From Octopus sinensis (lineage: Eukaryota), in contig NC_042997.1 in NCBI RefSeq assembly GCF_006345805.1, positions 158,162,001 through 158,226,000 on the forward strand: a stretch of DNA of 64,000 bases, read 5' to 3'. The notes beneath the pieces were generated by a model. It saw only the letters and a list, made by a program, of their open reading frames with translations, made no database searches and was not told the origin of the DNA. How positions within the stretch are numbered: position 1 is the stretch's first letter; each line of letters begins with the position of its first letter. This document shows positions 63,726 through 64,000 of the stretch, in pieces. Made by a program: the position numbers and the translations under genes.

Positions 63726-64000
63726 CAGAACGATGGATTGGAAGAACTTGCAATAATGTCTGACTGGATACTTGTAGTATTTGGTGTATTGATTGCAGAT
63801 CTCACCATAGCCTACATGGTTGGTAGACAAAATCCGTCTATCGGTTAAACGTCTCCACCAGGCAATTTGGATGCATTAGCCTAGGTTACTGAGTTAAAAA
63901 CATACAGACCAGTAATTCGATTTGAGAAACGTTTCTGAACCCCTCTTCTACTAGTGGACATGATATATAAGTTATTATGTGCATCGCTTTCCTCTTGGTG

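Overview
AT-rich animal genomic DNA saturated with microsatellites and transposable elements. The SINE families and repeats match those I recognise from octopus (coleoid cephalopod) genomes; the species assignment is inference. There is no prokaryotic operon, rRNA operon or CRISPR array, and most ORFs in the supplied track are microsatellite or antisense artefacts. Retroelements: a near-complete R4/Dong-clade (RLE) LINE (38.2-42.3 kb), several truncated relatives with (TAA)n tails, RTE and CR1 fragments, and two tRNA-SINE families. DNA elements: three mariner/maT relics, a mariner MITE, pogo, hAT, Chapaev3-like and Helitron elements. Most notable are: (1) a near-canonical type I hammerhead ribozyme in a structured ~240-nt unit at 23 kb, with two decayed hammerhead-like motifs elsewhere; (2) a 1.98-kb ORF1-only L1/Tx1-like element with a 14-bp TSD inserted in a SINE head, with a distant homologue at 37 kb; (3) a 2.6-kb foldback structure with ~560-bp inverted arms; (4) two long, near-perfect hairpins at 22.3-22.7 kb; (5) a hand-assembled minus-strand multi-exon gene candidate (53.6-63.0 kb) encoding a ~150-aa signal-anchor protein. 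All calls were made by eye without database searches.
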